Assembly (NCBI RefSeq): GCF_018143015.1
Contig: NC_054743.1
Location: 35,403,243-35,467,242, forward strand
DNA from: Lytechinus variegatus
Taxonomy: Eukaryota
Direction of reading: 5' to 3'
DNA length: 64,000 nucleotides
Below the pieces are notes generated by a model. That model worked only from the letters and a program-made list of their open reading frames with translations. It did not search any database and was not told where the DNA came from. Shown here piece by piece: positions 11,560 to 23,063 of this stretch (position 1 is its first letter; every line of letters starts with the position of its first letter). The position numbers and the translations under genes were made by a program.

Positions 11560-11890
11560 TTAAAGGTATTGTTTAACTTTGTGAGCAGCTGATTTAAAAA
11601 ATTCTCAAACCAAGATGAAACATGTGTACAAGTGCATGTATTAGAACCAATAAACCCTGAAAACAACCATTATTGAGAATGAAAAGCTAAAACTACAAGG
11701 CAAACCGCGATTTTGTAAATAGGCGTCTTATATAGACACCTAAATAGCACACATAAGTGTATGGGACGAAATTAAGATGGTGTTTCCGGTCACATTATAT
11801 TTCAATTTTTGAAGCACTGAAGCATTTTTGTAACCTATCACAGACACAGGTGTTAAGTGTGACCTTCTAGCTCAGATTTTTTGAAGTCAA
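11560..11890 (-). repeat. Dispersed repeat, inverted copy of 59130-59520
   Basis: aaccattattgagaatgaaaagctaaaactacaaggcaaaccgcgattttgtaaataggcgtcttatatagac... matches the reverse complement of 59320-59410 and flanking sequence, ~85% identity. Confidence 0.65.
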
Positions 11891-12269
11891 ACCAATGTTA
11901 ACCAATCACTTTGATCTTCAGCTGATTTTTTACTCTTGATTTCATAAATCATTAAAGGACATGTCCACCCCCCCAAAAAAAAAATATTGATTGATGCTTG
12001 AAGTATTTTTCTCTTTATCATGTTTACATTCAAGTAAACTTTTTGTTGGGATGGACTTGTCCTTTTTGCGACCGAGGCATTATAGCGTACAAATCGATTG
12101 GAAACGATTGCTAATATTTGTTTTACGGGCCCCAGATCGAGGTAAAGCTATAGGTACCATAGACCTATATAAGTACCATAGACCTATATAGGTAACAACA
12201 CTTTCAAAATTAGAAATGGATGTGGGGGGCATTTCTTTTATTGATGTTGAGGGGGGGGGTACAATGAGG

Positions 12270-12620
12270 AGTAAGGTTTAAAGGGAAATATCACCCTGAT
12301 TTTAAACCAAACATAAAAGAAACTTACACACTTAAAATGTTGGGCAAAGTATACTGTCCACTGTGTTGGGTAATGTATGTTGTTAAAATTTTAAAAATAC
12401 ATATATATTCTGGGCAATTATTATCAAATTTGGCAAATTTAAACTCAATTATTAGTTGTTTTTTTTTACCCAATTTGGACAGATGTTAAACCAATAGTTG
12501 TGTTGACAGTATGTTGCCCAGTATACTCTTAAAAAATGTTGGGCAAAAAGGCCCAATTTTTTTGCCCAACATTTTTAAGAGTATACCCAAAACATATTTC
12601 TTATAACCAAACATAAAGAG
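12270..12620. mobile_element. MITE-like element with internal perfect hairpin
   Basis: Internal palindrome ctcttaaaaaatgttgggcaaaaaggcccaatttttttgcccaacatttttaagagta (12528-12586). Outer ends are ...caccctgattttaaaccaaacataaaag / cttataaccaaacataaagagag. Confidence 0.45.
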
Positions 12621-12762
12621 AGATTTAAAAAAATTATATGATTGGCGCGCATACTTCGTTTTTTTTAGAGCGCCGTTAAAAACCAACCAACTAATAACAA
12701 CAGCAACAGGGTGTAGCCAAATTCCAAGAATGAATATAACAATGATTTTTTTTTCAAATTAC

Positions 12763-12803
12763 ATTTATGACGTCACATGCGAGCACCTCCTCCGACGTCA
12801 TGT
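12763..12803. promoter_or_regulatory. Pair of CRE-like sites (TGACGTCA / CGACGTCA) 25 bp apart
   Basis: ttatgacgtcacatgcgagcacctcctccgacgtcatgtga. Function is unknown and it lies next to a microsatellite. Confidence 0.3.
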
Positions 12804-13019
12804 GATATTATGAATTTGATAACTATTTCAGTTTTTTGATCGAGCCAATTTTTTCTTCTATTATTTCTTATCTTTTTGAAAAATAATAGGGGCAGATCCC
12901 CTGCCTCCCTGTGGCGCTGCCCGTGACTATACAAGTTATATTATTTTTTTTAGTGGATCCCCTAATTTCACATATATTTGCAGATAAATACAGAACAGTG
13001 AAAGTAGTAACCATATAGG

Positions 13020-13200
13020 GCCCGACGATGATGATGATGATGATGATAATGATGATGATGATGTTTATGATTATAATCTTAATAATAATAATAACAATAA
13101 TGATAACAATAATAATAGAAATCAAAATGATAATAATAATAGTAATAGTAATAATAATAATATTAATGAAAATATTAAGGAAAATTATTAAGAATAGCAA
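13020..13200. repeat. Microsatellite (ATG)n/(ATT)n/(ATA)n compound
   Basis: atgatgatgatgatgataatgatgatgatgatg...aataataataataacaataatgataacaataataat. The ORF-track peptides here are low-complexity artefacts. Confidence 0.9.
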
Positions 13201-15057
13201 CATACAAAGTATTTTTTTTCTATTTCCTTTGTACTTCACATTTACTTTCTCTTAACCGCTACGAGGCAATTTGCGAATTTGCGGTATATAAAACTATTAT
13301 CATTTTTCATTAATGACGATAAGAGTCATACCAACAATAATATATAAAGAGAATAACAACCCACCAAAAAAGTAATATCAAAATCAAGAAGATGAATCAG
13401 CATTTTGTTTGTCGGGGTGAATTTCTCTTTACAGATATTCAAAGACACTTATACTAACTCCTCAAAAACAAATAAATAAAAGCCGCAACCATCACAAGTA
13501 CTCGGCCAGTGTCAACAACAATTGTGTTGGAATGTTGGTTCCCAGGGTGATCTGTTGTTGTGAGATGAACTCCAGTCATTCGAGGACTCCCTTTGAAATG
13601 ATGAGATTTGTTTTCCACTTTCACCGTCTCGACCTTTAGAAAACCAAGGAAATTGATGTGGCAACGAGTCCACCAGGGAATATCTAATACCTGAGATGAT
13701 TCGCAGTGAATTTTTTAATAAGGTGTTTATTGTTTGCATTTTTCCCCACGTACGAAGTTATTGACAAAACGTCTCTTCGGTCATGGATTTTTCCCCTTTT
13801 ACAAATAGAAGGTTTTGACAACAAATACAAAATTAAGTCAAAGCATGAGCATGAGTGTGTAATATTGTGTGTGACGAATATTCCTTGTTTTCTCGTATAG
13901 GGCTTCAAAATGGTAAATACACTAAACATGGCCTGCAAGCTTGAATTAGCGTAGGACGGTCTATCTGTTATTTCTTATGTCAGTTTTTACAAAGGTTACT
14001 GTTTTCCAATGTTTGAAATATGTTATGAGTCTTTTTTATTATTTGTATATTAAATACATGACCAATTCAGCCATTTGGCTGCGAATCATTTTTTGATATG
14101 AACCTTAAATTGAATTTGTTATCACTTTATTATTTAATTTGGCTGTGAAACCTATCATCATTAATTTAAACAATAATGACAGTGTGTTATGAAGGTAACT
14201 TTCATCTTCTTCTTCTCTATAAGTACAGGCCACCGTCTGGCGTATTGTCGTACGTTCATCGTAATGAACAGTCTAATGGATATCAAGGTTATTTCCATTT
14301 CCAAATATACCCCTAGGCACAACAAAGACGATCAAAATATACAAGTCAATATTCAATTTTTGCGATTGAAATCAATCAACACTCGCTTAAAAGACTTGTA
14401 TAATCACAATTCTATATTCCTAGGTCAGGTCTAATCACCAACAAGCAATCTACGAAGAAGTTTTTGTATTATATCAGTATGATATCATTATTAAGTAAAG
14501 TTCGATGGAAACTATAATTTCTGGTATATATATAGTGCTCAACTGTATAGTATATAAACGAGGTTAAGGTTGCATCAGGAAAAAAAATAGTAAAAAGAGA
14601 GAGACAACGGAAGAAATAAGCAAGAAAGGTGAAAATTGTGAATGAGCGCTTCTTATAAGGCCATCGCACACCTGCAGATTCGCGTCCAAGATCCGTTTTG
14701 GAGCAAATTGCATTCTGCTCATTTTATGAAAATATGAATGAAAATTATCTCTTTTCTTTTGACGTTCAAATAGTGAAAGAATACTAATTCAAATAAAGTA
14801 AAAGAATACTAATATAACACTTAATGATTGGAAGCCTTTAATTTCGAATAAAGGCCAAATTGGCTTCAAATCGTAGCCAATCGTGCAACTGCTCTGATGT
14901 CATGATGACTAAAAGTAATGAATTTGCATTTAGGATAATAGCATAGTCGTCACATAAGTATTCTTACGATGATTTCGAACATTAAATATCAGTAAGATCT
15001 CCCATTATCAATATTAGTTAAGTTAAGTTAAATAACATCCACCTTTAATGCGGAAAC

Positions 15058-15222
15058 TGGGGGCGTTTCATGAAAGGACTTGTCGGACGTTTTATCCGAC
15101 AAGTCCCATTTTATCCGACAGTTACCTTAGGAACAGTGCCTCTCAGCCAATCAAAATCATGGAAAGATATCAGATCTGACAACTTGTCGGATGAAAATAT
15201 TGATGAAACGCTCCCCAGGTTA
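15058..15222. mobile_element. MITE, GGGGGCGTTTCATGAAAG family (complete)
   Basis: gggggcgtttcatgaaaggacttgtcggacg...ccaatcaaaatcatggaaag...gatgaaacgctcccc. The terminal inverted repeat is perfect. Confidence 0.75.
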
Positions 15223-15887
15223 CCAAATCATCTACATTTTATGAAGGTCCATTATTATGAAATTCTTTACCTGATTGCATAATCGGTATAGCAAATCTTT
15301 AAACCAGTTTAAGACAAAAAAAATCTATTAGATAAAATGCAATGTAATTGACAACTTATATATTTCACTTAATTACTTGTACTACCCCTCCTTCATAATT
15401 CTTTGTTTTTTATTCTGCTATAAAAAAACTTTTTGTTGGGTTATTGTTTTTGCGATATAATTTTGTACGATTTGATGTGTACCATTTATATTCGGCAAGG
15501 AGCACTGTTTTTGTTTTCATACAACAGGAGTCTCTTTCGACAAGCATTTTAGCTCATCGTGACTCCCTCACATCGTGTAATATTGTTGCTTGTTACAAGT
15601 ATTATACTTTGGGTTTTTATGTGGAAATAAATGAATAAATAAAAAGTACATCCTCGTTCACTGCATCTTTATTCACGATTATTTCAAATCTATGACAAAA
15701 GACCCCGGCAAAAGACGAACATTTTGAAAACTATTTGTTTTCAAAATTGTTTTAAAAAATTATGAAACATTTTTAGAGCATGAGTATTCACCATCACTTC
15801 CATTAACAGGTATCGACTCGAATTTAGTTTACATGCAGGGCCCCTTTAACTTACGAAAATATACCAGTGAAGAAGTGCATGAATATA

Positions 15888-16170
15888 CACTGTTAGAAAA
15901 AATAAAAGAAGTTCCTACAGCAGAGTCTCGAGAACACCTGTAATCTTACCGAATTGCGTAATCTTACGGGAAATTGGTATTTGATGTATGGAATCTTACA
16001 AATTTCCTTGAATAAAACACCCTTTCCCCTTTTTAAACAGACCTGTTCTGTTAAATTGCAGAAAAATTCTTGTTTTATGAATTTACAGAATGATTATTAC
16101 GCAATTCGGTAAGATTACAGGTGTTCTCGAGACTCTGCTGCAGGAACTTCTTTTATTTTTTCTAACAGTG
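15888..16170. mobile_element. MITE, CACTGTTAGAAAAAATAAAAGAAGTTCCTGCAGCAGAGTCTCGAGAAC family, TA-flanked
   Basis: ~75-bp TIRs: cactgttagaaaaaataaaagaagttcctacagcagagtctcgagaacacctgtaatcttaccgaattgcgtaat is the inverted complement of attacgcaattcggtaagattacaggtgttctcgagactctgctgcaggaacttcttttattttttctaacagtg. TA sits at 15886-15887 and 16171-16172. Confidence 0.8.
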
Positions 16171-16417
16171 TAGGCCAGTGACGTATATAGGACCATATAA
16201 TACGTGTACGGGTAATTTTGGTTTCGTTCAGCAATTTTTCATCGCATTATTTCCTTGTTTAATATTTATTTAAGGCACATTTCATCAAAATCCCATGAAT
16301 AAATAAGTGATTATAATGTTTCTACGGACATATTTTACACACCCTCCCTAAACATAATCTATCACTGTCAGAGACTTGAGAACGGGTTGTAAAAATGTTC
16401 ATACGAATGCTTATTGT

Positions 16418-17208
16418 TAAAGGGGAAGTTCACCCTGAGAAAAGGTTTATTACAAAAATAGCAAGAAAATAATAACAAATACTGGCGAAGGTTTGAGAAG
16501 AAATCAATCACAGAATACAACAAAATTAATTAAAATGCTGATTATTTGATCTGTGACGTCATATGCGAACAGTTTTCTTAAATATCGTATGGTAAGAAAT
16601 CAATGAAATGTCTTTTTCTCACACAAATGACAATAATTTAGATTGTATCTTTAGAATATCAATACACAACTGATTTCACATCCGCTACTAAAAAGAAAAT
16701 TTAAAAAAAAGTCGTCACCAACCATTAAAAAGGGTAACATTTATGCATTTCATATTGCATACCGTATCTTCTGTGTATGTTCGCGGTTGTATGTTGTGGT
16801 ACTCCTTTTTGTGTTGGTGTGGGTTGAGATAGTGATGACCATGAATGTCCACGGCATGGGATAATAAGAAACGATTCTCTTTAATAATATACTTCTGATA
16901 ATGAGTCTTACTTTAGAGTACTTTAGTGTACTAGATCTAGCTTTAATCGATATTAATTTGACCCGTCAGATCGGGGTCTAGTAATCAACAAACAAGTTAA
17001 AATTTGCCTAAATTTAGAAGACTGGATAAACCGCTGTTTCGGAGAAGTTTGTAAAAAAAATATTTTCTGATCTTATGACGTCAAAAATCAAAAACTTGAA
17101 ATCCTAATAACTTTTAAAACCTTTAAATCACCATTATTTTCATATAATTTTTTCTGCTATTTTTACAACAAGGTTTTTGTCAGGGTGAACCTCCATTAAA
17201 AGGAAATT
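16418..17208. mobile_element. TTAA-flanked MITE, AGGGGAAGTTCACCCTG TIR family (carries TGACGTCA)
   Basis: ttaa|aggggaagttcaccctgag ... cagggtgaacctccat|taaa. Internal tgtgacgtcatatgcgaacag and tatgacgtcaaaaatc. Related copies at 36428-36900 and 38524-38935. Confidence 0.65.
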
Positions 17209-17214
17209 CCATCC

Positions 17215-17455
17215 CGACAATAGTAGATTAGGATGAATGGAAAAAATCAATAGTATATACGCTGAAAATTCATCAAAATCGGAAGTGAAAGCGGAAATTT
17301 CACTACATTTTTCCAAAAACATCTATATGCACATCCGGGTCGGTATGCAAAATGAGGGAGTGATGACGTCACCAACAGTAAGATTTCAGTCAGGTATACC
17401 ATACAGTCAAAGAGAGAAAGAGGGATGTCTATCAACTGAAGGGAGTACTTGAGAA
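17215..17455. mobile_element. Half copy of the TGATGACGTCA foldback family
   Basis: ...tgaaaattcatcaaaatcggaagtgaaagcggaaatttcactacatttttccaaaaacatctatatgcacatccgggtcggtatgcaaaatgagggagtgatgacgtcaccaac matches one arm of 20812-21415. Confidence 0.55.
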
Positions 17456-17464
17456 GACGAGAAT

Positions 17465-17705
17465 GTACACAACAAAAACTGTGGTGTTAACCGGTGTACA
17501 TAGAGGACCACACCAGTTATTTTACACCGGTGTTAAATTGGTGGTGTTAGTTTTACACCTACAGGTGTTATTACAATACCTTTGGTTGTTACATTTACAC
17601 TCTTTGCTGTTATGTTCAATCTTTAGGGTGTAATTTTAACACCTCAAGGTGTGGTCCTCTATGAAAACCAATTTGTGTCAGTTTTAACACCATAGTTTTT
17701 CCAGT
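17465..17705. mobile_element. MITE, same family as 3036-3262
   Basis: acaaaaactgtggtgttaaccggtgtacatagaggaccacaccagttattttacaccggtgttaaattggtggtgttagttttacacc...ttaacaccatagtttttccagtg. Confidence 0.7.
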
Positions 17706-18675
17706 GTAACAGTTTTGCGGAATGGTTCTCATATTATAGAAGACAAATAAAAAATGAGAATTTAACAAAAAAGACTTGGGAAGAGACAAGATCGCATGGC
17801 AGATCGAAGGAGGGGGGGGGTTTTAAATGTAAAAAGAAAATAGAAAATTGAATTGAGGGTGTGGGTGAGTGTGTGGGTGGATGTTAGGAGTTTTACATCC
17901 CTGTAAAAAAATCGTTCCCATTGCAGTGCCCTGTCCGTTTGTTGGTTTTATTAACATCATAATCTGGAATTATGCCACGTACTATTTTCATTTTGCCGAG
18001 GAATGCCATAGAAACAGGCAGTCGTGTTAGAGTCTTTTTATTTACATCGATTGAAATGACATTGTCAAACAGACATCACGATAGTGAATCGATGGAGTAG
18101 ATCGCTTTGTTTGCATCATTAATTATACACGCCCGCTAATTACGCTCGCAGACGATCAAATTAAGTCCAATGTTTATGCATGTTAAAGGCATATTATGCC
18201 GAAATGATAATGTCCCACCTACATGTACCTACGCTTGGTGTACATGTATTCCTGTAAATCTTACATCGATTTTACATAATGATAATTAATTTACATTCAT
18301 ATTAATCACAGTTGAACAACATCAGCATAAGATCATATATTCGAAAAGCATTATAAATACTAGCGTGCAGGGCCGGCGTGCCATGGGGACCATGCCCCAT
18401 TGGCGGCAAAAGCAACGAAATTTAGGGGGAGGAAAAATATTTTCAACCAAATTTTTCCAGTCGGCTGCTAAAAGCTGACTTTTTAATATTTTTGTTTAGA
18501 GTGTAGTCCCCCTACTCAGTCTGAAGTTTTAAGTTCTTTTCTTTTTTATAAACAAGATAACATTCTATAAAGACAGGTGCGTATCGAGGATTTTGTACCC
18601 ACTTTAGGGCCCGAACTGAATATAATGCCCCTTTGTACTATTCGAAAAATGGCGCCCGTGGGCACCCCCCCAAAC

Positions 18676-19025
18676 ATGAATAATGAACAGGAAAGGTATC
18701 TAATTTAATGCGACCGCAAAGCAGCTGATTTTTTTAATATTCTGACACAAAACTGAACATTCTAGGCACTTTTTTTAAAACCATGATGGGTATCTATCGA
18801 AACGATTGATGCGAGCGCGAAGCGCGAACTGAAAATTTTTAATACGCTGACCTGAAATTTGGATATTTCTATAAGTATTTTGGTAATCATGAGCAGGACG
18901 GGTATCAATCTAAATGTTTTATGCTAGCATGTAGCGCGAGCAGAAATTTTTTGATACCCTTGCCTAAAATTAGGACATTCTAAGCACTTTTTGTAACGAT
19001 GAACAGGATAGGTATCTTACTAAAC
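18676..19025. repeat. Satellite-like tandem array, ~108-bp unit x ~3.3
   Basis: The unit ...gaacagga(a/t)aggtatct...gcg..agc...attttt.aata..ctga...att.taggcactttt..taa...atga repeats from ~18676, ~18785 and ~18895 with ~70-75% identity between units. Confidence 0.6.
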
Positions 19026-19439
19026 AATGATTACACCCAAGTAGGTCGGTAGAAGTGTTTCATTTAGGGTTCACAAATTTGTTAGTGTGTAGCATTGGTT
19101 ATCACTCCTATATCAGTGTCAATTGCAATAAATCTTGCATGGTATTTGGATCATATTCACGGATGTTGGATAGGGTAACAATGAAAAAAAAAAATTATTT
19201 CCTGGTAGTGAGTATCGCTTCCTTTCCATAACATAAATACGAATTACATATCAGGGTCCGCGTATCGGTCTTGAAAGAGGGGACTGCGCCAAAATGGGGG
19301 ATGGGGTGCCGATCATGCAATTAAAAAAAAATCACGATCGGATGCTAATTTTTACCTTTTTTGTACTTTGCATGCTTATTTAAACAAATGGAGTGGCAGC
19401 GCTAAAGGCTCCAGCAGCTTCTCGGTTCTGCGTGCAGTC

Positions 19440-19640
19440 CCTGTGTACAATAAAGGGGTTGTCACGTTTTAGCCGGTTTATGCCGACGTGCTTAATTTAT
19501 TTCTAACCTTCAAGATTTGTTATCCGATTTTGATGAAGCTTTTGGCATTTTGCTCAGTGAATTCTACTCTATTTATTAAGCTATAAATACTTTCAGCCCC
19601 GACCATCCCTAGAGCATATAGCATTTCCATTTATTTGAAA
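19440..19640 (+). repeat. Half copy of the AAAGGGATGGTCCAGGCTGAAA foldback family
   Basis: ...gatttgttatccgattttgatgaagcttttggcattttgctcagtgaattctactctatttattaagctataaatactttcagccccgaccatccct matches 60030-60130. Confidence 0.55.
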
Positions 19641-19680
19641 GCAGAAAAAAGAGCATAGCAGATTAAATGCCTTGCTCACG

Positions 19681-19760
19681 GGCATAGGTACCGCGGCCGG
19701 GGATCGAACCGCGGACTTTCCATGTATAGCCAGGCGCCTTAGACCACTAGGCCACGGCAC
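19681..19760 (-). pseudogene. tRNA-like sequence (probable tRNA pseudogene or SINE head; anticodon arm does not fold)
   Basis: The minus-strand read GGTGCCGTGGCCTAGTGGTCTAAGGCGCCTGGCTATACATGGAAAGTCCGCGGTTCGATCCCCGGCCGCGGTACC has a good acceptor stem (GGTGCCG/CGGTACC with one G:U), a D-arm GCCT-AGTGGTCTA-AGGC and a T-loop GGTTCGATCC. No anticodon stem pairs and the T-stem has 2-3 mismatches. Confidence 0.4.
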
Positions 19761-20099
19761 CTTCCCTTTTACTTTTATCGAGAAATGTGAAAAAGGGGAT
19801 AAGAATAGACGGCTGACAATACATAGGCCTACAACTCGTCAGTGTATTATTGCGATCAGGTACCAATCCAAAGTTGGATTGTAGTTTTCAATCCAACAGG
19901 TTTAGAATCCAGTCTTATCCGATTGAAACTTTTGATCCAATTTTGGATGGGTCCCAGACCACAATCTACTTGACAACGAGTGACAACCCCTTAAGCGATG
20001 GTGATCACGGCGAAGAGATGTAAAAATCGAATAAAGACCTAAAAGTCAGTGTCAGGGCTCTATGAACGATTTTTTTCCACTGGAGTTGCTGATGTAAAT

Positions 20100-20290
20100 A
20101 TGAAAAGCAGAAGAGAAAAAAAGTTTCCAATAAAAAATCGAGGTCATTTTGGCCCCCAAAACAATTTAAAAGCAAAAAAGACGAAAGAAAAAAAAGGTGT
20201 TCACTACAAAATGGAGGTCAAATTTGTCCCGAGAAATTTAAAAAGCAGAAAATAGGGTTTCCCAAATAAAAAAAATCAGGTCATTTTGGT
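20100..20290. repeat. Tandem repeat, ~65-bp unit x 3
   Basis: aaaagcagaagagaaaaaaagtttccaataaaaaatcgaggtcattttggcccccaaaacaatttaaaagcaaaaaag...aaaaagcagaaaatagggtttcccaaataaaaaaaatcaggtcattttgg. Confidence 0.5.
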
Positions 20291-20329
20291 TACATTTCTC
20301 TATTTTTACACCTTTCAGAATACCTGGGG

Positions 20330-20415
20330 TGCTGCCTATGGAGAATAATACACGCAGCACCCCCAATGAAAATCTTGGGGTGCTTTAGCACCCCCGCTTC
20401 CCAGGGCTACGGACC
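20330..20415. repeat. Repeat fragment, uninterrupted paralog of the sequence flanking the transposon at 325-877
   Basis: aataatacacgcagcacccccaatgaaaatcttggggtgctttagcacccccgcttcccagggctacgg. Compare the left flank ...ataacacacgcagcagcccccc (300-324) and right flank gggggcagcaccccgcttcccagggccatag (876-906) of the insertion. Confidence 0.55.
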
Positions 20416-20811
20416 GTGTTGTGCATTTTGGCGAAAATCCCTATGCTATTGACTGTTTAGGAGGTCAGTTCCTCGCTCATGGCTTTAAAGTGCATAGATT
20501 TCAATCAAATTGAATCATTTGGGCGAACGGAAACGAGAAAATAGAAGATCGTATCTTGATGGAAAAGGGGACAAAAACTGACATTACAGCAAATTTCAAT
20601 CACACTACACAAGCAAGGTGATATCAGATTCAGAGGGTGAATATCTATAGAGGCATATAGCGCTGGGGGTAACGTGCGTGCCGAGATGGATTTAGCAAAA
20701 GGCACTAGCAAAATACAACAACAACAACAAATCAAATGTTACAATACTATTGAATATCTGACCAACAATTTGCCTGAGTACAACGCCATAATAAATAAAA
20801 ATGTTTTTAAA

Positions 20812-21415
20812 GGACAAGTCCACCCCAACAAGAAATTGATTTGAATAAACAGAGAAAAATCCAACAAGCATAACACTGAAAATTTCATAAAAATCGGATG
20901 TAAAATAAGAAAGTTATGACATTTCAAAGTTTCGCTTAATTTCACAAAAGGGTTATATATGCACATCCTGGTTGGTATGCAAATGAAGAGACTGATGACG
21001 TCATCCATTCACTATTTCTTTTGTATTTTATTATATGAAATATTCTAATTACCTCCTCATTGTCAAGTGAAACAACGATTAAATTATTCCTCCATGAACA
21101 CGTGGAATTACCATTGTTTAATACGGTTATATGGTTCAGTCAAGTTGGTCCTTAATGTCAAATCTATAAAAAATGAAATACTGTATAATTCAAACAATAA
21201 AAAAACAAAAGAAATGGTGAGTGATGGACATCATCGAATGACTCACCTAGTTTAATTGTGCATATCACTGTTTTGTGAAAAATAGGCGAAACTTTAAAAT
21301 GTCATAACTTTCTTTTTTACATCCGATTTTGATTAAGTTTTCAGCGTTATGCTAGTTTGATTTTTCTCTATTATTCAAATCAATATTTTTCTTGATCTTT
21401 AATAATGCAATTTGG
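20812..21415. mobile_element. Foldback element, TGATGACGTCATC family, TTAA-flanked
   Basis: Left arm ttaa|aggacaagtccaccccaacaagaaattgatttgaataaacagagaaaaatccaacaagcataacactgaaaatttcataaaaatcggatgtaaaataagaaagttatgacatttcaaagtttcgcttaatttcacaaaag...actgatgacgtcatcc. The right arm, aaagaaatggtgagtgatggacatcatcgaatg...ttttgtgaaaaataggcgaaactttaaaatgtcataactttc...gatttttctctattattcaaatcaat, is its reverse complement. Confidence 0.75.
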
Positions 21416-21699
21416 AGAATGAGGGCTCTATAAAGCCCATAAACCACTTTTGCTAGCTCAGTGGTGAATGACACCCCATGACTTAACTTGATATCGTATT
21501 GACACGTGTCAATCTACGAGTAAAATAATAATGACTCCCCGTTCACATAATGATATTTGAAAATGCTGGTGATGAAATTGTATTCGCTCTGCTCCATGTC
21601 TTGATTATGCCTATATGTTAATTCCCTTTCGGGTATCTTTGTGAATTTGTTCATAAACGAAACACTGTATCGCGGATAAAAAGAGATCACTGTATCCCA

Positions 21700-21810
21700 C
21701 AAAGTCTAATTTATGCGACAATTACCATGGTAACGGTGATCCTCTGTCAATCAAAATCAAATAAAGCTGTCAATTTTCAGCCGATAAACATTGATGAAAC
21801 ATCCCCGAGC
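21700..21810. mobile_element. MITE fragment, CCAATCAAAATCA family
   Basis: ...cctctgtcaatcaaaatcaaataaagctgtcaattttcagccgataaacattgatgaaacatcccc. Confidence 0.45.
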
Positions 21811-22063
21811 CACGACATGAATAATATCACAAATCATATCTAAATAACATTATTTATACATTCTGCTATAGCCCCTACACTGCCAAGCAGGCGTAAAATT
21901 GTATATAAGGAACATTAGTAGCGATCGTTTCCGATCTACTTTAGATTTAGAAAATCTCAGAGCGGGCGAGACGTGATGTAAACATACATTCGATAACTGA
22001 AATATTTCTCCACCTTAACACTGATTTCTGCTAAGTCAAGTTGCCTCAAAATGAGGCCAGCTA

Positions 22064-22228
22064 CACTGTAAAAAATGAAGTGCTAATTTAGCACTTAAAG
22101 TGCTTGTATAGTGACTGCACTATGAGTGTTAATTTTCTAGTTTCAATTTGAACTAGAAAATCAGCAGTAGTAGTGCAGTCCTATACAAGCACTGTTAGTG
22201 CTAAATTAGCACATCATTTTTTACAGTG
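22064..22228. mobile_element. MITE (CACTGTAAAAAATGAAGTGCTAATTTAGCACT TIR), TA-flanked
   Basis: ta|cactgtaaaaaatgaagtgctaatttagcacttaaagtgcttgtatag...ctatacaagcactgttagtgctaaattagcacatcattttttacagtg|ta. Confidence 0.8.
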
Positions 22229-22262
22229 TACACACAGTTAAAACGTTATTTGAAAATTTATA

Positions 22263-22494
22263 CACTGCAAAAACTGCGGTGTTAATTTAACACCAGTCGG
22301 CAATCTATATACATGACCACTCCAGAAGTGTTGAAACAACACCGGTTTGAAATTAAATCAATGGTGTTTTAACACTAATGGGTTTGCATAAGCGCCTATC
22401 TGGAATTAGTACAAAACCAAACCGGTATTGTGTTAACACTTCTCTGGTGTGGTCATGTATAGATTCCGGACTGGTGTTAAATTAACACCGCATT
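22263..22494. mobile_element. MITE, CACTGCAAAAACTGCGGTGTTAATTTAACACC family
   Basis: cactgcaaaaactgcggtgttaatttaacaccagtcgg...ccggactggtgttaaattaacaccgcattttttgcagtg. It lies 35 bp from the preceding MITE. Confidence 0.8.
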
Positions 22495-22837
22495 TTTTGC
22501 AGTGTTATAGTGCCCATACAACTCTATGAAACAGGAGTTGTTCAACAACTTAAACATCCATGCTCTTAATCTATTAAAGATTAAATATCATAACTTTAGG
22601 GTTTTTTAAAGATTTTTAACACTTGTTTAAACATTACTGACCAACAACAATTGAAAATTTTATATAACATTGCTGAAACCAGATTTAAATAAACCATGGC
22701 TATCAGAATTATCAGAATCCCACCCGATGGGAACACACCTGAGTTTTTGGTGTGTGTGTGTGTTTTTTTTTAACTCAATCTGCATTTTGATGATCTGACC
22801 GTGGCAAATAAGCTCACAAATGAGATGAACATATTGG

Positions 22838-23063
22838 CAGGGGCGGATCCAGGATTTTCCAAAAGGGGGGGGGGCAAACTTTTCGGAGGAAAATTTTGAC
22901 AAGCCCCCAAAAAGGTTTTCAACCACAAATAAAGGATATTTCGTACCCGAAAAATTTTGACAAGCAAAACAAAAATTACAAAAAATAAAAAGGGGCATTT
23001 TTACATTACAATTTTGCTTCTCAAAGGGGTGGGGGGGCGTGTCCCCTGTGCCCCCCCGGATCC
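22838..23063. mobile_element. TIR element, CAGGGGCGGATCCAGGATTTTC family
   Basis: caggggcggatccaggattttccaaaagggggggggg...gtgcccccccggatccttgcctg. Paralog of 10437-10712. The ORF 22660-23073 is an artefact of this element. Confidence 0.65.

Noticed and set aside
12868-13255. ORF-track ORFs of 123 aa and 75 aa made almost entirely of I/M/N.
   Set aside because: They lie entirely within an (ATG/ATT)n microsatellite and are low-complexity translation artefacts. The same applies to 30047-30590 (CT/CA repeats), 37488-37980 (GAT repeats) and 25881-26230 (A/AC-rich).
19681-19760. A possible functional tRNA gene on the minus strand.
   Set aside because: The D-loop and T-loop consensus and acceptor pairing are present, but no anticodon stem pairs and the T-stem has 2-3 mismatches. 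Together with the many tRNA-derived SINE heads nearby (6227, 37247, 49483, 51770, 63001), a pseudogene or SINE head is more likely.
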